Source of the DNA: a phage | DNA length: 60,068 nt | Sequence record: PZ445425.1 | Strand: one strand, 5' to 3' | Part shown: positions 39,080 to 48,355 of the stretch, in pieces | How the letters are laid out: the number at the start of each line of letters is the position of its first letter | Numbering within the stretch: the first letter of the stretch is position 1 | The notes under the pieces: model-generated | Databases searched by the model: none | Told to the model about the DNA's origin: nothing | What the model saw: only the letters and a program-made list of their open reading frames with translations | Position numbers and translations under genes: made by a program

Positions 39080-39807
39080 TAGTTAATACCTTTCATTTTG
39101 TTGATAACAGAACCTAAGTGTGGGACTTCAACCGCATCTAAACGTCCCGAACGATCCTTAGCGATTGTATTAAAGTCCGGTTGAGTTTGCAAGTAACGAT
39201 ACGAGTTACCTTGCTGATCCTTATTTACATTCAGACGAAATACTTCGTCGAAGAAGTAAGGGAGCATTTGCCCCAATTTGGATCCAGGCATAGATGGAGC
39301 ATACGCGGTAACACCGGAGACTTCATCTTTGTCTTTGCCCATTTTAGCAGACATATAAACATGTTTGCCAGGAATATCGCGAAATTTACGGATCAGATCT
39401 TGCATCTTTTCAAGCAAAGTACCATAAGCTTGACGAGGATCTTTCGTTCCCTTTTTCGCGTTGTTTAAACATTGTTCAGCAATTTCGCTCAAGCTGTCAA
39501 GCGCAATAGAATCGAAATACTGCTGGTTAGCTGGAGTTACGCACCACTGATAAGCCGCTTCAACGTCTTCCAGACATTTCACTTCAATTACCGGAATATC
39601 GTAAACGATGGGCAAACCCATGTTACCATAAACACGGTTAAGGTTTTCCGCTGCAATAGACAACAGACCGGATTCTGCGCTGATTAAAATTGGTTTAGGT
39701 AATGTGGCTACAAGGCTGGTTTTACCCATACCTGCTTCACCGTAAACCAGAATTTTGACACCTGTGTCCTGCACAACTTGTGAAGACATTTTAATTTCAA
39801 TGGCCAT
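39079..39807 (-). CDS. Sak4-like RecA-family ATPase
   Basis: Walker A GEAGMGKTS; 242 aa. Confidence 0.6.
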   Translation of the reverse strand: MAIEIKMSSQVVQDTGVKILVYGEAGMGKTSLVATLPKPILISAESGLLSIAAENLNRVYGNMGLPIVYDIPVIEVKCLEDVEAAYQWCVTPANQQYFDSIALDSLSEIAEQCLNNAKKGTKDPRQAYGTLLEKMQDLIRKFRDIPGKHVYMSAKMGKDKDEVSGVTAYAPSMPGSKLGQMLPYFFDEVFRLNVNKDQQGNSYRYLQTQPDFNTIAKDRSGRLDAVEVPHLGSVINKMKGIN

Positions 39808-39872
39808 TTAACGCCTCTCTTTTAAGTTCACGCTCATTGTAACGTAATATACTTTGAACCCTCAATTACTTT

Positions 39873-40793
39873 TTAATCTAAAGCCTGATCACTTTCATCG
39901 CGGAAATGCATAAAGTTTGCAAAACGCGGTTTATCTTTCACGCCATGAGGGAAGTGTTTATATGAAATAGTCCGACCTTTAATTTTGTCAGGGTTATTCC
40001 AATAATAAATCTTATCCTCTTGCGTTAGTTTACCAGGACTAACGTTGATTGTATTGCCCGTCTTAACGTCTTTACAAACCAACGTCCCGATCATACCGTT
40101 AGGAACTTTATTTTCCTGATGTGAAGATCGTGTAGTCCTGCCCAGCTCGTTAACAGTAGCTTCATTAAGGTTAGTTTCACCCTCAATAATATCAAGGACA
40201 ATAGCGTCTTCCTGAATAAAGCGTTTAATACGAAGATATCCACCTTCACGAACTGTGCCGCGCCCATGTTTATAAGGCTTGTCAGGATCACGGATAATAA
40301 TACCTTCATAACCCATATCAAGCCAGATGTTTTCCCAGTAGAGCAACTCTTCTAAAGACTTAACCACATACATTGGCACAACTTGCAGGTCGAGCAATTC
40401 ACCTTTCGCGTGCTGTGTGGTTATAAAATCTTTCATCATGTTGTAGCGGGCTTCATAGCCCAGCTCTGCAACACTCTCAGCGCACAGATCAAAGATGTGC
40501 CATTTCAGAAACGGTTCACCTTCAATTGTGTTTACCGCACTGGTTGTTTTACGACACAGGTCTGGATCTGTTTCCACCCCTGCCGCAAGCTCACCGTCAT
40601 AGCCCATGTATTGAGAACCGCTGAAAATTGCGCTGGTATGGCGGTTTTTAAACAGCTTTAAGCTTCGCCCTACTATCTGCCCGTCCGGATTTAAACCGCG
40701 TACACCGTCGATTTTAGGCAGTATACAGCATGGAAACTTAATCTTTTCTTCAACCGCGTCAGTTGCTAAATGTGGTTTAAATGCCATTTGCAC
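39873..40793 (-). CDS. ATP-dependent DNA ligase
   Basis: KIDGVR adenylation motif. Confidence 0.7.
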   Translation of the reverse strand: MQMAFKPHLATDAVEEKIKFPCCILPKIDGVRGLNPDGQIVGRSLKLFKNRHTSAIFSGSQYMGYDGELAAGVETDPDLCRKTTSAVNTIEGEPFLKWHIFDLCAESVAELGYEARYNMMKDFITTQHAKGELLDLQVVPMYVVKSLEELLYWENIWLDMGYEGIIIRDPDKPYKHGRGTVREGGYLRIKRFIQEDAIVLDIIEGETNLNEATVNELGRTTRSSHQENKVPNGMIGTLVCKDVKTGNTINVSPGKLTQEDKIYYWNNPDKIKGRTISYKHFPHGVKDKPRFANFMHFRDESDQALD

Positions 40794-41439
40794 CTCTATT
40801 CATAAAAGAATGTACGAATTTTAATTTACGAATACGCTCATTACGTTCTGCAACAGCTTTATCGTCTTCTGAACGAGCAGCCAAAAAAGCTTTCTCTTTC
40901 ATACGGGTATTACGACGTAAATGCCCGCTACCCTTTTTAGGTCTGTTTTCCTTTTTCTTTGCTTCGGAAATAAGCTCTTTGCATTCCTGCAAACGGATCT
41001 TGCTTCTTTCCAATCGCATAGCAGAACGCGCACGTTCATCACAAAATCTTTGAGCTTTGCTACGCTGGTCCTGATTACTTGTATGACCTTTAACGTGGCG
41101 AAACTCAATAGTAAGGTTATATTTACGAAGTTGATCGTTCAACCATTTGAAAGCTGTACCTTCCTGTTCGCTTTTCCAGCTTGCCTCTTTATACACTTTA
41201 ATAGCTGTTGAACAATCTGTTTGCACAATTAAATGATCACCCGATTGAATTAAATTAGCTTTCAATCCTTCCCAAATAACATTACAGATTGCCATTGTTT
41301 CAGCTGCATTGTTATCCGGAGCACCGCGTAATGGACCACCGTTAGCATTATTTCCACGGTTACAAACTACCCATCCACCATATCCCGCGGCTTTTGTATT
41401 TGGGCAAAAACTTGCATCAGAAATAATTGTTACTCTCAT
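40777..41439 (-). CDS. ribonuclease H
   Basis: RNase HI-like catalytic residues in order (DASF, AE, TDC, HVKGH). Confidence 0.65.
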   Translation of the reverse strand: MRVTIISDASFCPNTKAAGYGGWVVCNRGNNANGGPLRGAPDNNAAETMAICNVIWEGLKANLIQSGDHLIVQTDCSTAIKVYKEASWKSEQEGTAFKWLNDQLRKYNLTIEFRHVKGHTSNQDQRSKAQRFCDERARSAMRLERSKIRLQECKELISEAKKKENRPKKGSGHLRRNTRMKEKAFLAARSEDDKAVAERNERIRKLKFVHSFMNRGANGI

Positions 41440-41482
41440 TGTTTTTCCTTAATAAAAAGGGATCGAAAGACCCCCTTGTAAG

Positions 41483-41713
41483 TTATGCAGGAATAGATTC
41501 TTCCGGTTCTTCAGGGATCACGATTTCAATCTCTTCTTCATTTTGGAAGGTTAGACGGAAACCATCTCCTGGGCGCCCGAAAGCAAAGGTAAGGGCTATC
41601 GTATTATCCTGCTCGTAATGACAGATACTTTCTACTTTCATTTCGTTACCGTAAAAGTCACGGTAAATCATTCCAGGAAGCGCATCGGTCGCTTTGATCT
41701 TTCTTACAGCCAT
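41483..41713 (-). CDS. hypothetical small protein
   Basis: 76-aa ORF. Confidence 0.4.
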   Translation of the reverse strand: MAVRKIKATDALPGMIYRDFYGNEMKVESICHYEQDNTIALTFAFGRPGDGFRLTFQNEEEIEIVIPEEPEESIPA

Positions 41714-41724
41714 TATTCCCCCGT

Positions 41725-42516
41725 TTACAGTTTGTCTTTGAACTCTTCGATATATTGCTCGATCGGATACTGCTTACGCTTGAAACGATCAAACAAGATT
41801 TTAGCAGATTCTACGTCTTCGTCGCTCTCTTTACTTGCGCCCGGTGCCATAAAATCACGCCATGTAAAACCGTTCAGATTATGCATCTTAGCGATGTGTT
41901 TATTGTAACGACTTTCCCAGTCCACACGCGGACCTTCCATCTTGCGTAAACCGCGCCCAAGCACCTGTACATATAAATCTTTCTGACGTTGTACAGCTTC
42001 GCCATTATAAGGTCCGGTTTTAAACTCAACAACACTACCGTTAAGATCTGCACCATCCGCAAAGTTGTGTAGCATAGTTTCAATAACGTCATTCAATGTT
42101 GGAACCGTCACTTTGCCCTGGGCAATACCTGCCAAATAACCGACATTTTCTTCACCGTACAACTCGATCAGTTCTTTCTTGGTCGCTTCTGCTTCTTTGT
42201 TTGCGGACAAAGCCAACATCTGTTGTTCGAACATGTGTTCCTGTTCCAGGAAGTGAGCATAGCGCTCTTCATCCACTTTGCATACAATCCATTTATATTC
42301 AACATCCTTGCTGAAGTCCGGATACTGATCCACTTCTACTACTTCCGTAGTAAAGAACTTGCCGTTATATTGAATAACAACAGTATCGCCCGGCTGTAAT
42401 TCGTCGCTTTCCAGGGCACGGTAGGTATAAAGACGACCACCTGCTTCAAACTTAACTTTGACAGTTACAACACCTTTTAACAGGGCATGATAAGCTTTCT
42501 GAAATTCTTTACGCAT
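41725..42516 (-). CDS. hypothetical protein
   Basis: 263-aa ORF preceded by TTAACCACA box, hairpin and RBS AAGAGGAAA. Confidence 0.55.
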   Translation of the reverse strand: MRKEFQKAYHALLKGVVTVKVKFEAGGRLYTYRALESDELQPGDTVVIQYNGKFFTTEVVEVDQYPDFSKDVEYKWIVCKVDEERYAHFLEQEHMFEQQMLALSANKEAEATKKELIELYGEENVGYLAGIAQGKVTVPTLNDVIETMLHNFADGADLNGSVVEFKTGPYNGEAVQRQKDLYVQVLGRGLRKMEGPRVDWESRYNKHIAKMHNLNGFTWRDFMAPGASKESDEDVESAKILFDRFKRKQYPIEQYIEEFKDKL

Positions 42517-42557
42517 TTTAGTTTCCTCTTGGGCGGATCAACCGCCCGTTAATGTGG

Positions 42558-43028
42558 TTAAGCTTTATTTGGAACAATTTCCAGTGACGCAGATCCAACT
42601 TTAGATTCAACGCACTGGTTGAAGACTGCGGCTTGCTCCGCTGTAAGTTTACGCCAAGCCGCAACTTTCAATACAGGTTTATTTTCCACAAGCTGATCAA
42701 CGTTAACACCAACTTTAATCAGATCGCCCAGGATTCCGTTAAGGCTTGGAAGATCAATCTTACGATCAATCTTGTGGGTCATTTTCATAACCCCGCCAGT
42801 AATTTCAACTTTATTAGTCCCCTCAGACGGCGCTGGAAAATAGGACTTAATAATCTTATCACGGAGTGCTCGCTCACGAGCTTGCAGCTTCTGCAATTCC
42901 GCTTTAGTTTTATACCACTCAATTACATCTGCTTCTGTTGCTTGTACTGCTTTATCTGCGTCGAACATTTTTCTGTCCTCTGTTGTGTTTCGATGTATGT
43001 ATAGTAGCACATCCATGTGCTTAGGCAA
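42558..43028 (-). CDS. hypothetical protein
   Basis: 156-aa ORF; true start may be an internal ATG. Confidence 0.45.
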   Translation of the reverse strand: MPKHMDVLLYIHRNTTEDRKMFDADKAVQATEADVIEWYKTKAELQKLQARERALRDKIIKSYFPAPSEGTNKVEITGGVMKMTHKIDRKIDLPSLNGILGDLIKVGVNVDQLVENKPVLKVAAWRKLTAEQAAVFNQCVESKVGSASLEIVPNKA

Positions 43029-43031
43029 GAC

Positions 43032-43622
43032 TTATTTTTTATCTAAATGACGTGAAGTCATGATCGGATGCGTAGCAGCTTCTTCCTCTGCTGTAACCAC
43101 ATTGGCAGATGTACCAGTGGACCCAAAGCCATTAGCACCGCGCTCAGTAGTCTTAAGCTCGTCCACTTCTACCAGTTGCACGCAAGGCACCTTAATAAGC
43201 ATAGCTTGCGCAATACGGCTACCGTGCTCAACAATGAAGCCTTCTTCATTATCAATGGTAAGCTTAATCTTAACTTCCCCAGTGTAATCGCTGTCAATAA
43301 CGCCCACGCAGTTAGCTAGTCGCACGTCATTTTTAAATCCGTGCCCGCTACGGGAATAGATCATAAGCGCGTAGCCTTCAGGGATGTCAAATGCTAATCC
43401 TGTGCGAATAACTTCACTTTCTCTGAAGTACACCTGATTATACCCATCCGCACGTAAATCCGCGTGCAGGTCAAAGCAAGCTGCCCCGGCAGTGGCGAAC
43501 GCTGGTAGAATTGCCGTATCAGTTAAGCGCTTCACACCGACAGGAATTGTGCTTAATGATGCGGCAAATTTTTCAACATCAATTGCAAAAGAATTTTTTG
43601 TGATATTTAATACGTCAGTCAT
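43032..43622 (-). CDS. dut: dUTPase
   Basis: Motifs AGxDL, RSG, GVIDSDYTGE and C-terminal GFGSTG. Confidence 0.75.
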   Translation of the reverse strand: MTDVLNITKNSFAIDVEKFAASLSTIPVGVKRLTDTAILPAFATAGAACFDLHADLRADGYNQVYFRESEVIRTGLAFDIPEGYALMIYSRSGHGFKNDVRLANCVGVIDSDYTGEVKIKLTIDNEEGFIVEHGSRIAQAMLIKVPCVQLVEVDELKTTERGANGFGSTGTSANVVTAEEEAATHPIMTSRHLDKK

Positions 43623-43631
43623 AATTTCACC

Positions 43632-44111
43632 TTATTGAATTGAACCGCGATCAATTAACCATTGTTTCGCGTGCGCTTTAAAAATAATGCGATAGTCATC
43701 AAGACTAATCTCCGCGCGGATGGAATCTTTAACTTCGTACCACTGCCACTCACCATTGCTAAAGACGACTGGATTGAGCGGTAGAACAACCTTCCATCCT
43801 TTACGTTCTATTTTATACATCAGAACTGGATATCTTCCAAGCTCTTTAGCCGATTGAACAGTCTGCTTCCACCATGTGTTTACTTGTGGCGTAGCGTGGT
43901 TTTTTACTTCAACTGCATGGTGGCATGTATTGCTAATGTCGCAACCACCGACCGCACTTTGATTCTGGTTACGCTGAGCAATAGGTTTCTCCGGTAACTG
44001 CATCCCCAGCTCTGCGTAGATTTCGGCATAAATTGCATTAAAGAAATCGCATACTTCCCGCTCACCGCGTTGACCTTTAGCGCGAATATTTACTGCCATG
44101 TTTGTCTCCAT
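43632..44111 (-). CDS. PD-(D/E)XK nuclease, possible Holliday-junction resolvase
   Basis: GQRGEREV ... CDIS ... EVK pattern; start set to ATG 44111 because the track start at 44189 overlaps the terminator hairpin. Confidence 0.35.
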   Translation of the reverse strand: METNMAVNIRAKGQRGEREVCDFFNAIYAEIYAELGMQLPEKPIAQRNQNQSAVGGCDISNTCHHAVEVKNHATPQVNTWWKQTVQSAKELGRYPVLMYKIERKGWKVVLPLNPVVFSNGEWQWYEVKDSIRAEISLDDYRIIFKAHAKQWLIDRGSIQ

Positions 44112-44172
44112 AACTTTAATGTAAAACACTTCATAAAGAATTTTATATTGAAGTTCTGTTGATCTCAAGGAA

Positions 44173-44204
44173 CAAAAAAGCCCAGGCATAAGGATTCCTG
44201 GGCT
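44173..44204 (-). terminator. intrinsic terminator
   Basis: agcccagg ... cctgggct hairpin followed by TTTTTT on minus strand. Confidence 0.6.
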
Positions 44205-44485
44205 CTCTTGATTGTCGGATAGCTTACTTTGACTGCCGTCTTCGTCTATCCTGGCCTACTTGTACAGCCTCGCCAAAGGCTGGTGACGGTTTGGTACATC
44301 TGGCGCCGTCGCGTTAAACATCGTTCACATCGTTCAGTAAGTTGCGGGTTTATCCTGTCCGCTCCAGGAAGCCCAGCGAAAGTAGTTGCTGTAAGGAGGT
44401 ACAGCTACCGCTTTCAAGGGTTTGAGTTAAGCATCGTTCACTAAGTTAATGTTGTTAAATTGTTAAACCTCGTTAACTGTGGTTA
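44205..44485 (-). ncRNA. candidate non-coding RNA or structured leader
   Basis: About 280 nt without a plausible ORF, bounded by a TAACCACAGTTAAC box (44471-44485) and the terminator; contains ATCGTTCA(C) direct repeats. Confidence 0.25.
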
Positions 44486-44516
44486 TCTTAAAGGATGCAG
44501 TCTTGAATGGCAAGCT

Positions 44517-44834
44517 TCAATTTTGCGCGGTTCCCTTTGCCGCTTTTGGTGCTAAAGTACCATCATTTAACATCAACTCAAAACCTGTTACTTGATCGGT
44601 TGGAACAATAGGGTAATTCATAATAGCCATGTGGATACGACACCCTCCATCACATTCGTCGATGTATTCACTACCCCAATAGTATAAATGACCATCTCTT
44701 CGAATATCCATTGCTGTAGGGAAATCTACAAGAATTCTTTTGATTTCTTTTCGTCCTTCTTTATGCAGATTAGTTTCAATACGGATAAGCTCCGCATAAA
44801 TTGCTTCACAGATAGTGTTTACAATTCCCATCAT
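44517..44834 (-). CDS. hypothetical protein
   Basis: 105-aa ORF. Confidence 0.45.
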   Translation of the reverse strand: MMGIVNTICEAIYAELIRIETNLHKEGRKEIKRILVDFPTAMDIRRDGHLYYWGSEYIDECDGGCRIHMAIMNYPIVPTDQVTGFELMLNDGTLAPKAAKGTAQN

Positions 44835-45202
44835 TTACCCCTTAAGTTTTGAATCATTCTATCGCAGGCAGCTTTTACAGAAGAGTTCTGCCAGTCTTCT
44901 TCAATTTGTGAAGGTTCTTCAGGCGAATAAGCAGCACTAATTAAACACTGATTATAACCTTCAATATAAGCCTGTTTTGCGGTATCTACTATTGCTTGTA
45001 AAGCAATATTAAATAATTGTTGATCCATCTCACACCTCACAGAATGTACATAAACCAGAAATAAGCAGCTACGAAAATAGCACCCGCAAATAATTTTAAA
45101 AGCTCGAACATTGTTCCCTCCGTTAACTTTATGCTGTAAGTATAGCACGACTTGCGATGTGTGCAACAACTTTAGACTTGAAATACATCTATAAAATAGC
45201 AC
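44831..45202 (-). CDS. hypothetical protein
   Basis: 123-aa ORF; start uncertain. Confidence 0.35.
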   Translation of the reverse strand: MLFYRCISSLKLLHTSQVVLYLQHKVNGGNNVRAFKIICGCYFRSCLFLVYVHSVRCEMDQQLFNIALQAIVDTAKQAYIEGYNQCLISAAYSPEEPSQIEEDWQNSSVKAACDRMIQNLRGK

Positions 45203-45269
45203 GATTTGCCTTTACCTCTGATCCGTCTAGCTGTACTATTAACCCATAAAGAGAGCGGAGGATTACAAA

Positions 45270-45494
45270 ATGGTCATGCTGAATAAAGTATATAGCACAA
45301 TGGGCTCGGATTATAAAGTTGTACGTCACCCGCGTACTGGTAAATTTGAAGCATACATCCGTCCAATGGGTGAAGGTTGGATGTATTACGGTACTTATGA
45401 TGACGCTGAGCAAGCTTATAAAGAAGCGGAAAGTGTAGCGGAAGCATCCGAAATTATGGCAAGGTACGACGTCGATGATTACTACCTTAACTAA
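45270..45494 (+). CDS. hypothetical small protein (lone plus-strand gene in minus module)
   Basis: 74 aa with RBS GGAGG; followed by a terminator. Confidence 0.45.
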   Translation: MVMLNKVYSTMGSDYKVVRHPRTGKFEAYIRPMGEGWMYYGTYDDAEQAYKEAESVAEASEIMARYDVDDYYLN

Positions 45495-45498
45495 CAAT

Positions 45499-45525
45499 AA
45501 AGGGCCAAATAGCCCTTTATTTATT
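45499..45525. terminator. bidirectional terminator
   Basis: aaagggc-caaata-gcccttt followed by a T-run. Confidence 0.65.
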
Positions 45526-47863
45526 CCTCTTCTCCTAAGTTTGCCATAATACCTTCAACATCTTGCGTAATGCGCCAAGCTGCGCCAGTGAATCCCAGTT
45601 TGATAGTCTCCTCCCGTGTTACCGGAACAAGCGCACCCATAGCAACCATCTCTTTGATCGTAGACTCAATTGCCGCGGACAATCCGTGGTGATAGTTTTT
45701 AAACGCGGACTTACTTGCAAGACGAGTAGTAATATCACCCCGCGTGATAATGCCTTCCTTACGCAGATCTACACGTTTAACTTTCACCCAATCTTTAGTT
45801 AGATAATTCACACAAACCTGGCACATAGTACGGATACGAGCTTCGTCATTAGTACCGATACCCCCACTATGCCATTCCTTCATAATGATATCCTGTCCAT
45901 GACGCACAAAGTCCAAGGCCCATTGAACATGATAGGTCTGCACAACCGGATTGATCCAGTTTTCTCCCACAGCTAACAGGGCGGATAGACGTAACACCTT
46001 CAGGTGAGCACGGTTCCAGGGCTGACGGATTGCTTCGTCTTTGGTTGCGTTAATATTACGGTCACATTCGTCGTTAAACTGATCACATAATGCTTCCGCA
46101 TCCGGACTAAACTGCACTTCAATACTTTGATGCTTTGCCATTGCGACTAAGGTGTGGTTAACAAGATGGCACACCATATCCCGCAAATGCTGATCCATTG
46201 TAGTCTGCTGGTTCTTGTTTAAAGGTGGTCGATCCCCTTCATAGCGGACAACATGGAAACGGGATAAGAAACCGTCCTCCATCATTTCACGGGTTAATGC
46301 TTCAAAGAACGTATCCGGTGTCGTTTCACCCATGATGCTATAGGCCACACCTTGTTGAGCTTCCGTATTATTAGCCTTATCAGAATAAGACATACCACCG
46401 ACAATAGACATCTGACCGGACTTTTGATAAACATCGGTAAGGTCGTTCTTGAAGCTTTGCATCGGTGAACCTGCTGGCGCCGTTGCCATCGCTTTAATAA
46501 TCTTACCAAACTCACCATTCAAGTTGATAAAAGATTGTTTGTCCGCAAAAGATTTACGCAGTGCGGAGCCGGAAGCACATCGGTCAAAAGATACAAAGCT
46601 ATGAATCTGCGGAAACGGTTCCTGAAGCTGGCTAACTATATTAGATAGCCCACTGTTCAACGTTTCTTTACCAACACCAGAACGAGCAATAAGGACGAAA
46701 TATCCATTAAGACCCGATTGCGGAATCTGCCAGACCTTCCCGCATACCCCAGCCATAAAGCCTAGCGCTGTCACAATAGAAATTTCTTTCACTGGTCGGA
46801 CGGAGGCTTTATAGATGTATTTCGCAAGCTCCCCAGCAAGCCCCGGCGGCCAGTCAATAGCGGTTGCATCAATAGATGTACTTTCTGCAACTACGGTCTG
46901 CCCCTGTGTTGTTTCAACAGTTACGGGCATTTCCACTACCTGTTGCATTGCACTGTGTGCCGCTTGCATACGGGCAGCATAATCCCGCGCCAGCGCCGCT
47001 ACGTTTTCCTGGGCAATGCGCTCACGCTCCATGCGACCGCGACACATACGCAAGCAACGGTCAATATGAACATTGTTCTTATTAGCCTTCTCACGTTTGC
47101 CCAGTGCGCTATAACGGAACAGACGACGACATTGCTCATTACTTTCCGTGTAAAATGCATACATAGAAATAAGGGCAAGATCTGCTTCAGACTGGGAAGG
47201 GAAACCCATTTCAACCCATTCACCATTGAATAACCGCGCATACTTATCGCCGTTATCCGCTTCAAGTGCACGCTGATGAATAGTTGCATCATCTTCTACC
47301 GGATCTTTTTCTACCAGTTCAATTTCATATGTCTTGCGCTGAAGATCAATTTCATTCACAAGCATAGTAAGGTAATGATCACGTTCTGCAACTGGTTTGT
47401 TATAAACAGGATTGCCCGTGCAAATAATAAAACGCTCCTGACTATAAACCTCGACACCATCACGTCGACGACCTTTACCGATGTTCCCTCTTAACCACAG
47501 GTGGACGCCCAAGCCTGAGCGACTTACTTCGGTGTAAGTATCGAACGCGGTCATGATCTGTTCGAAGCGGCGCAACTGTTCTGGCGTCGTGTGCTTCTTG
47601 GGATCCGGTTCGTTGGTTGCGTTCTTCACATCCAGGTCGATGCAGGTGAAAGGGTCTTGCGCAGTAAGCACGAAGCCTATATAAGGTTTGTTGAAATGCG
47701 CGGCGCAACCTTTGGCAGCTTCAAACGTCATTAGCATATCCGGATCGGTAACGTCCGCCGCCATAAGACGTCCGATATCGTTGTCCCATACGAGCGGCTT
47801 TTTATCCGCATCGGCGACCGCCCATTGTGGGAAAGCTTTAATTTCAGCGGGAAATAGTTCCAT
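45521..47863 (-). CDS. primase-polymerase / helicase-like replication protein
   Basis: 780 aa; N-terminal Prim-Pol-like region with IDLD motif, central P-loop-like GVGKET. Confidence 0.5.
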   Translation of the reverse strand: MELFPAEIKAFPQWAVADADKKPLVWDNDIGRLMAADVTDPDMLMTFEAAKGCAAHFNKPYIGFVLTAQDPFTCIDLDVKNATNEPDPKKHTTPEQLRRFEQIMTAFDTYTEVSRSGLGVHLWLRGNIGKGRRRDGVEVYSQERFIICTGNPVYNKPVAERDHYLTMLVNEIDLQRKTYEIELVEKDPVEDDATIHQRALEADNGDKYARLFNGEWVEMGFPSQSEADLALISMYAFYTESNEQCRRLFRYSALGKREKANKNNVHIDRCLRMCRGRMERERIAQENVAALARDYAARMQAAHSAMQQVVEMPVTVETTQGQTVVAESTSIDATAIDWPPGLAGELAKYIYKASVRPVKEISIVTALGFMAGVCGKVWQIPQSGLNGYFVLIARSGVGKETLNSGLSNIVSQLQEPFPQIHSFVSFDRCASGSALRKSFADKQSFINLNGEFGKIIKAMATAPAGSPMQSFKNDLTDVYQKSGQMSIVGGMSYSDKANNTEAQQGVAYSIMGETTPDTFFEALTREMMEDGFLSRFHVVRYEGDRPPLNKNQQTTMDQHLRDMVCHLVNHTLVAMAKHQSIEVQFSPDAEALCDQFNDECDRNINATKDEAIRQPWNRAHLKVLRLSALLAVGENWINPVVQTYHVQWALDFVRHGQDIIMKEWHSGGIGTNDEARIRTMCQVCVNYLTKDWVKVKRVDLRKEGIITRGDITTRLASKSAFKNYHHGLSAAIESTIKEMVAMGALVPVTREETIKLGFTGAAWRITQDVEGIMANLGEEE

Positions 47864-47874
47864 GACTTATCCTT

Positions 47875-48090
47875 TTACAGAGAACCAACCATTGCACAAC
47901 CGATAGCAGCAAATAAGTGCTTCTTAGTCTCGTTGATCACTTTCTCTGCATCCAGATAGCTCTCATAATGTCCAAGGTAAATAATAGTCCCTGCAACCAT
48001 AATATAAGCTGTGCGGTAATGCATGTAATGCCCAATAAACCAACCCTGTTCCCGAAGCTTAGTTTGACCAAATTCATAAAGTACCATCAT
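47875..48090 (-). CDS. hypothetical small protein
   Basis: 71-aa ORF. Confidence 0.35.
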   Translation of the reverse strand: MMVLYEFGQTKLREQGWFIGHYMHYRTAYIMVAGTIIYLGHYESYLDAEKVINETKKHLFAAIGCAMVGSL

Positions 48091-48344
48091 GACCTCCGAC
48101 GCTTATCGCCTTGCATCTTTTCCAGAGCGGGCACTGCTAAAGAGCGTTTGTAGATGTACTGGTTAGCAATTCTGATAGCGCCCGGGATGCTGTCACGTAT
48201 GCGCGACATCTTAAACTTAGATATGCCATAACGGTCTTCGATTTCCGCTGCCGTTATGTAGTTCAAATCAAATTCCAATTCGTGATCCATAATACCCTCC
48301 GTTACAACCGTCCACACAATACACAGTAAAGCCTTACTTTGCAA
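48087..48344 (-). CDS. small HTH DNA-binding protein (putative regulator)
   Basis: 85 aa with helix-turn-helix-like segment and basic C-terminus. Confidence 0.35.
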   Translation of the reverse strand: MQSKALLCIVWTVVTEGIMDHELEFDLNYITAAEIEDRYGISKFKMSRIRDSIPGAIRIANQYIYKRSLAVPALEKMQGDKRRRS

Positions 48345-48355
48345 CTATTTTTGCA

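Noticed and set aside
38219-39082. 287-aa plus-strand ORF antisense to the SSB-like gene
   Set aside because: It arises from CTG/CAG low-complexity DNA, has no RBS and a Leu/Cys/Trp-rich nonsense-like composition; the minus-strand gene has the coherent protein sequence.
44229-44444. 71-aa plus-strand ORF in the structured intergenic region
   Set aside because: No RBS, Arg/Val-rich composition, lies within the repeat-containing region interpreted as non-coding.
45189-45497. 102-aa minus-strand ORF overlapping the 45270..45494 plus-strand gene
   Set aside because: No RBS and implausible composition; the plus-strand gene has an RBS and a terminator.
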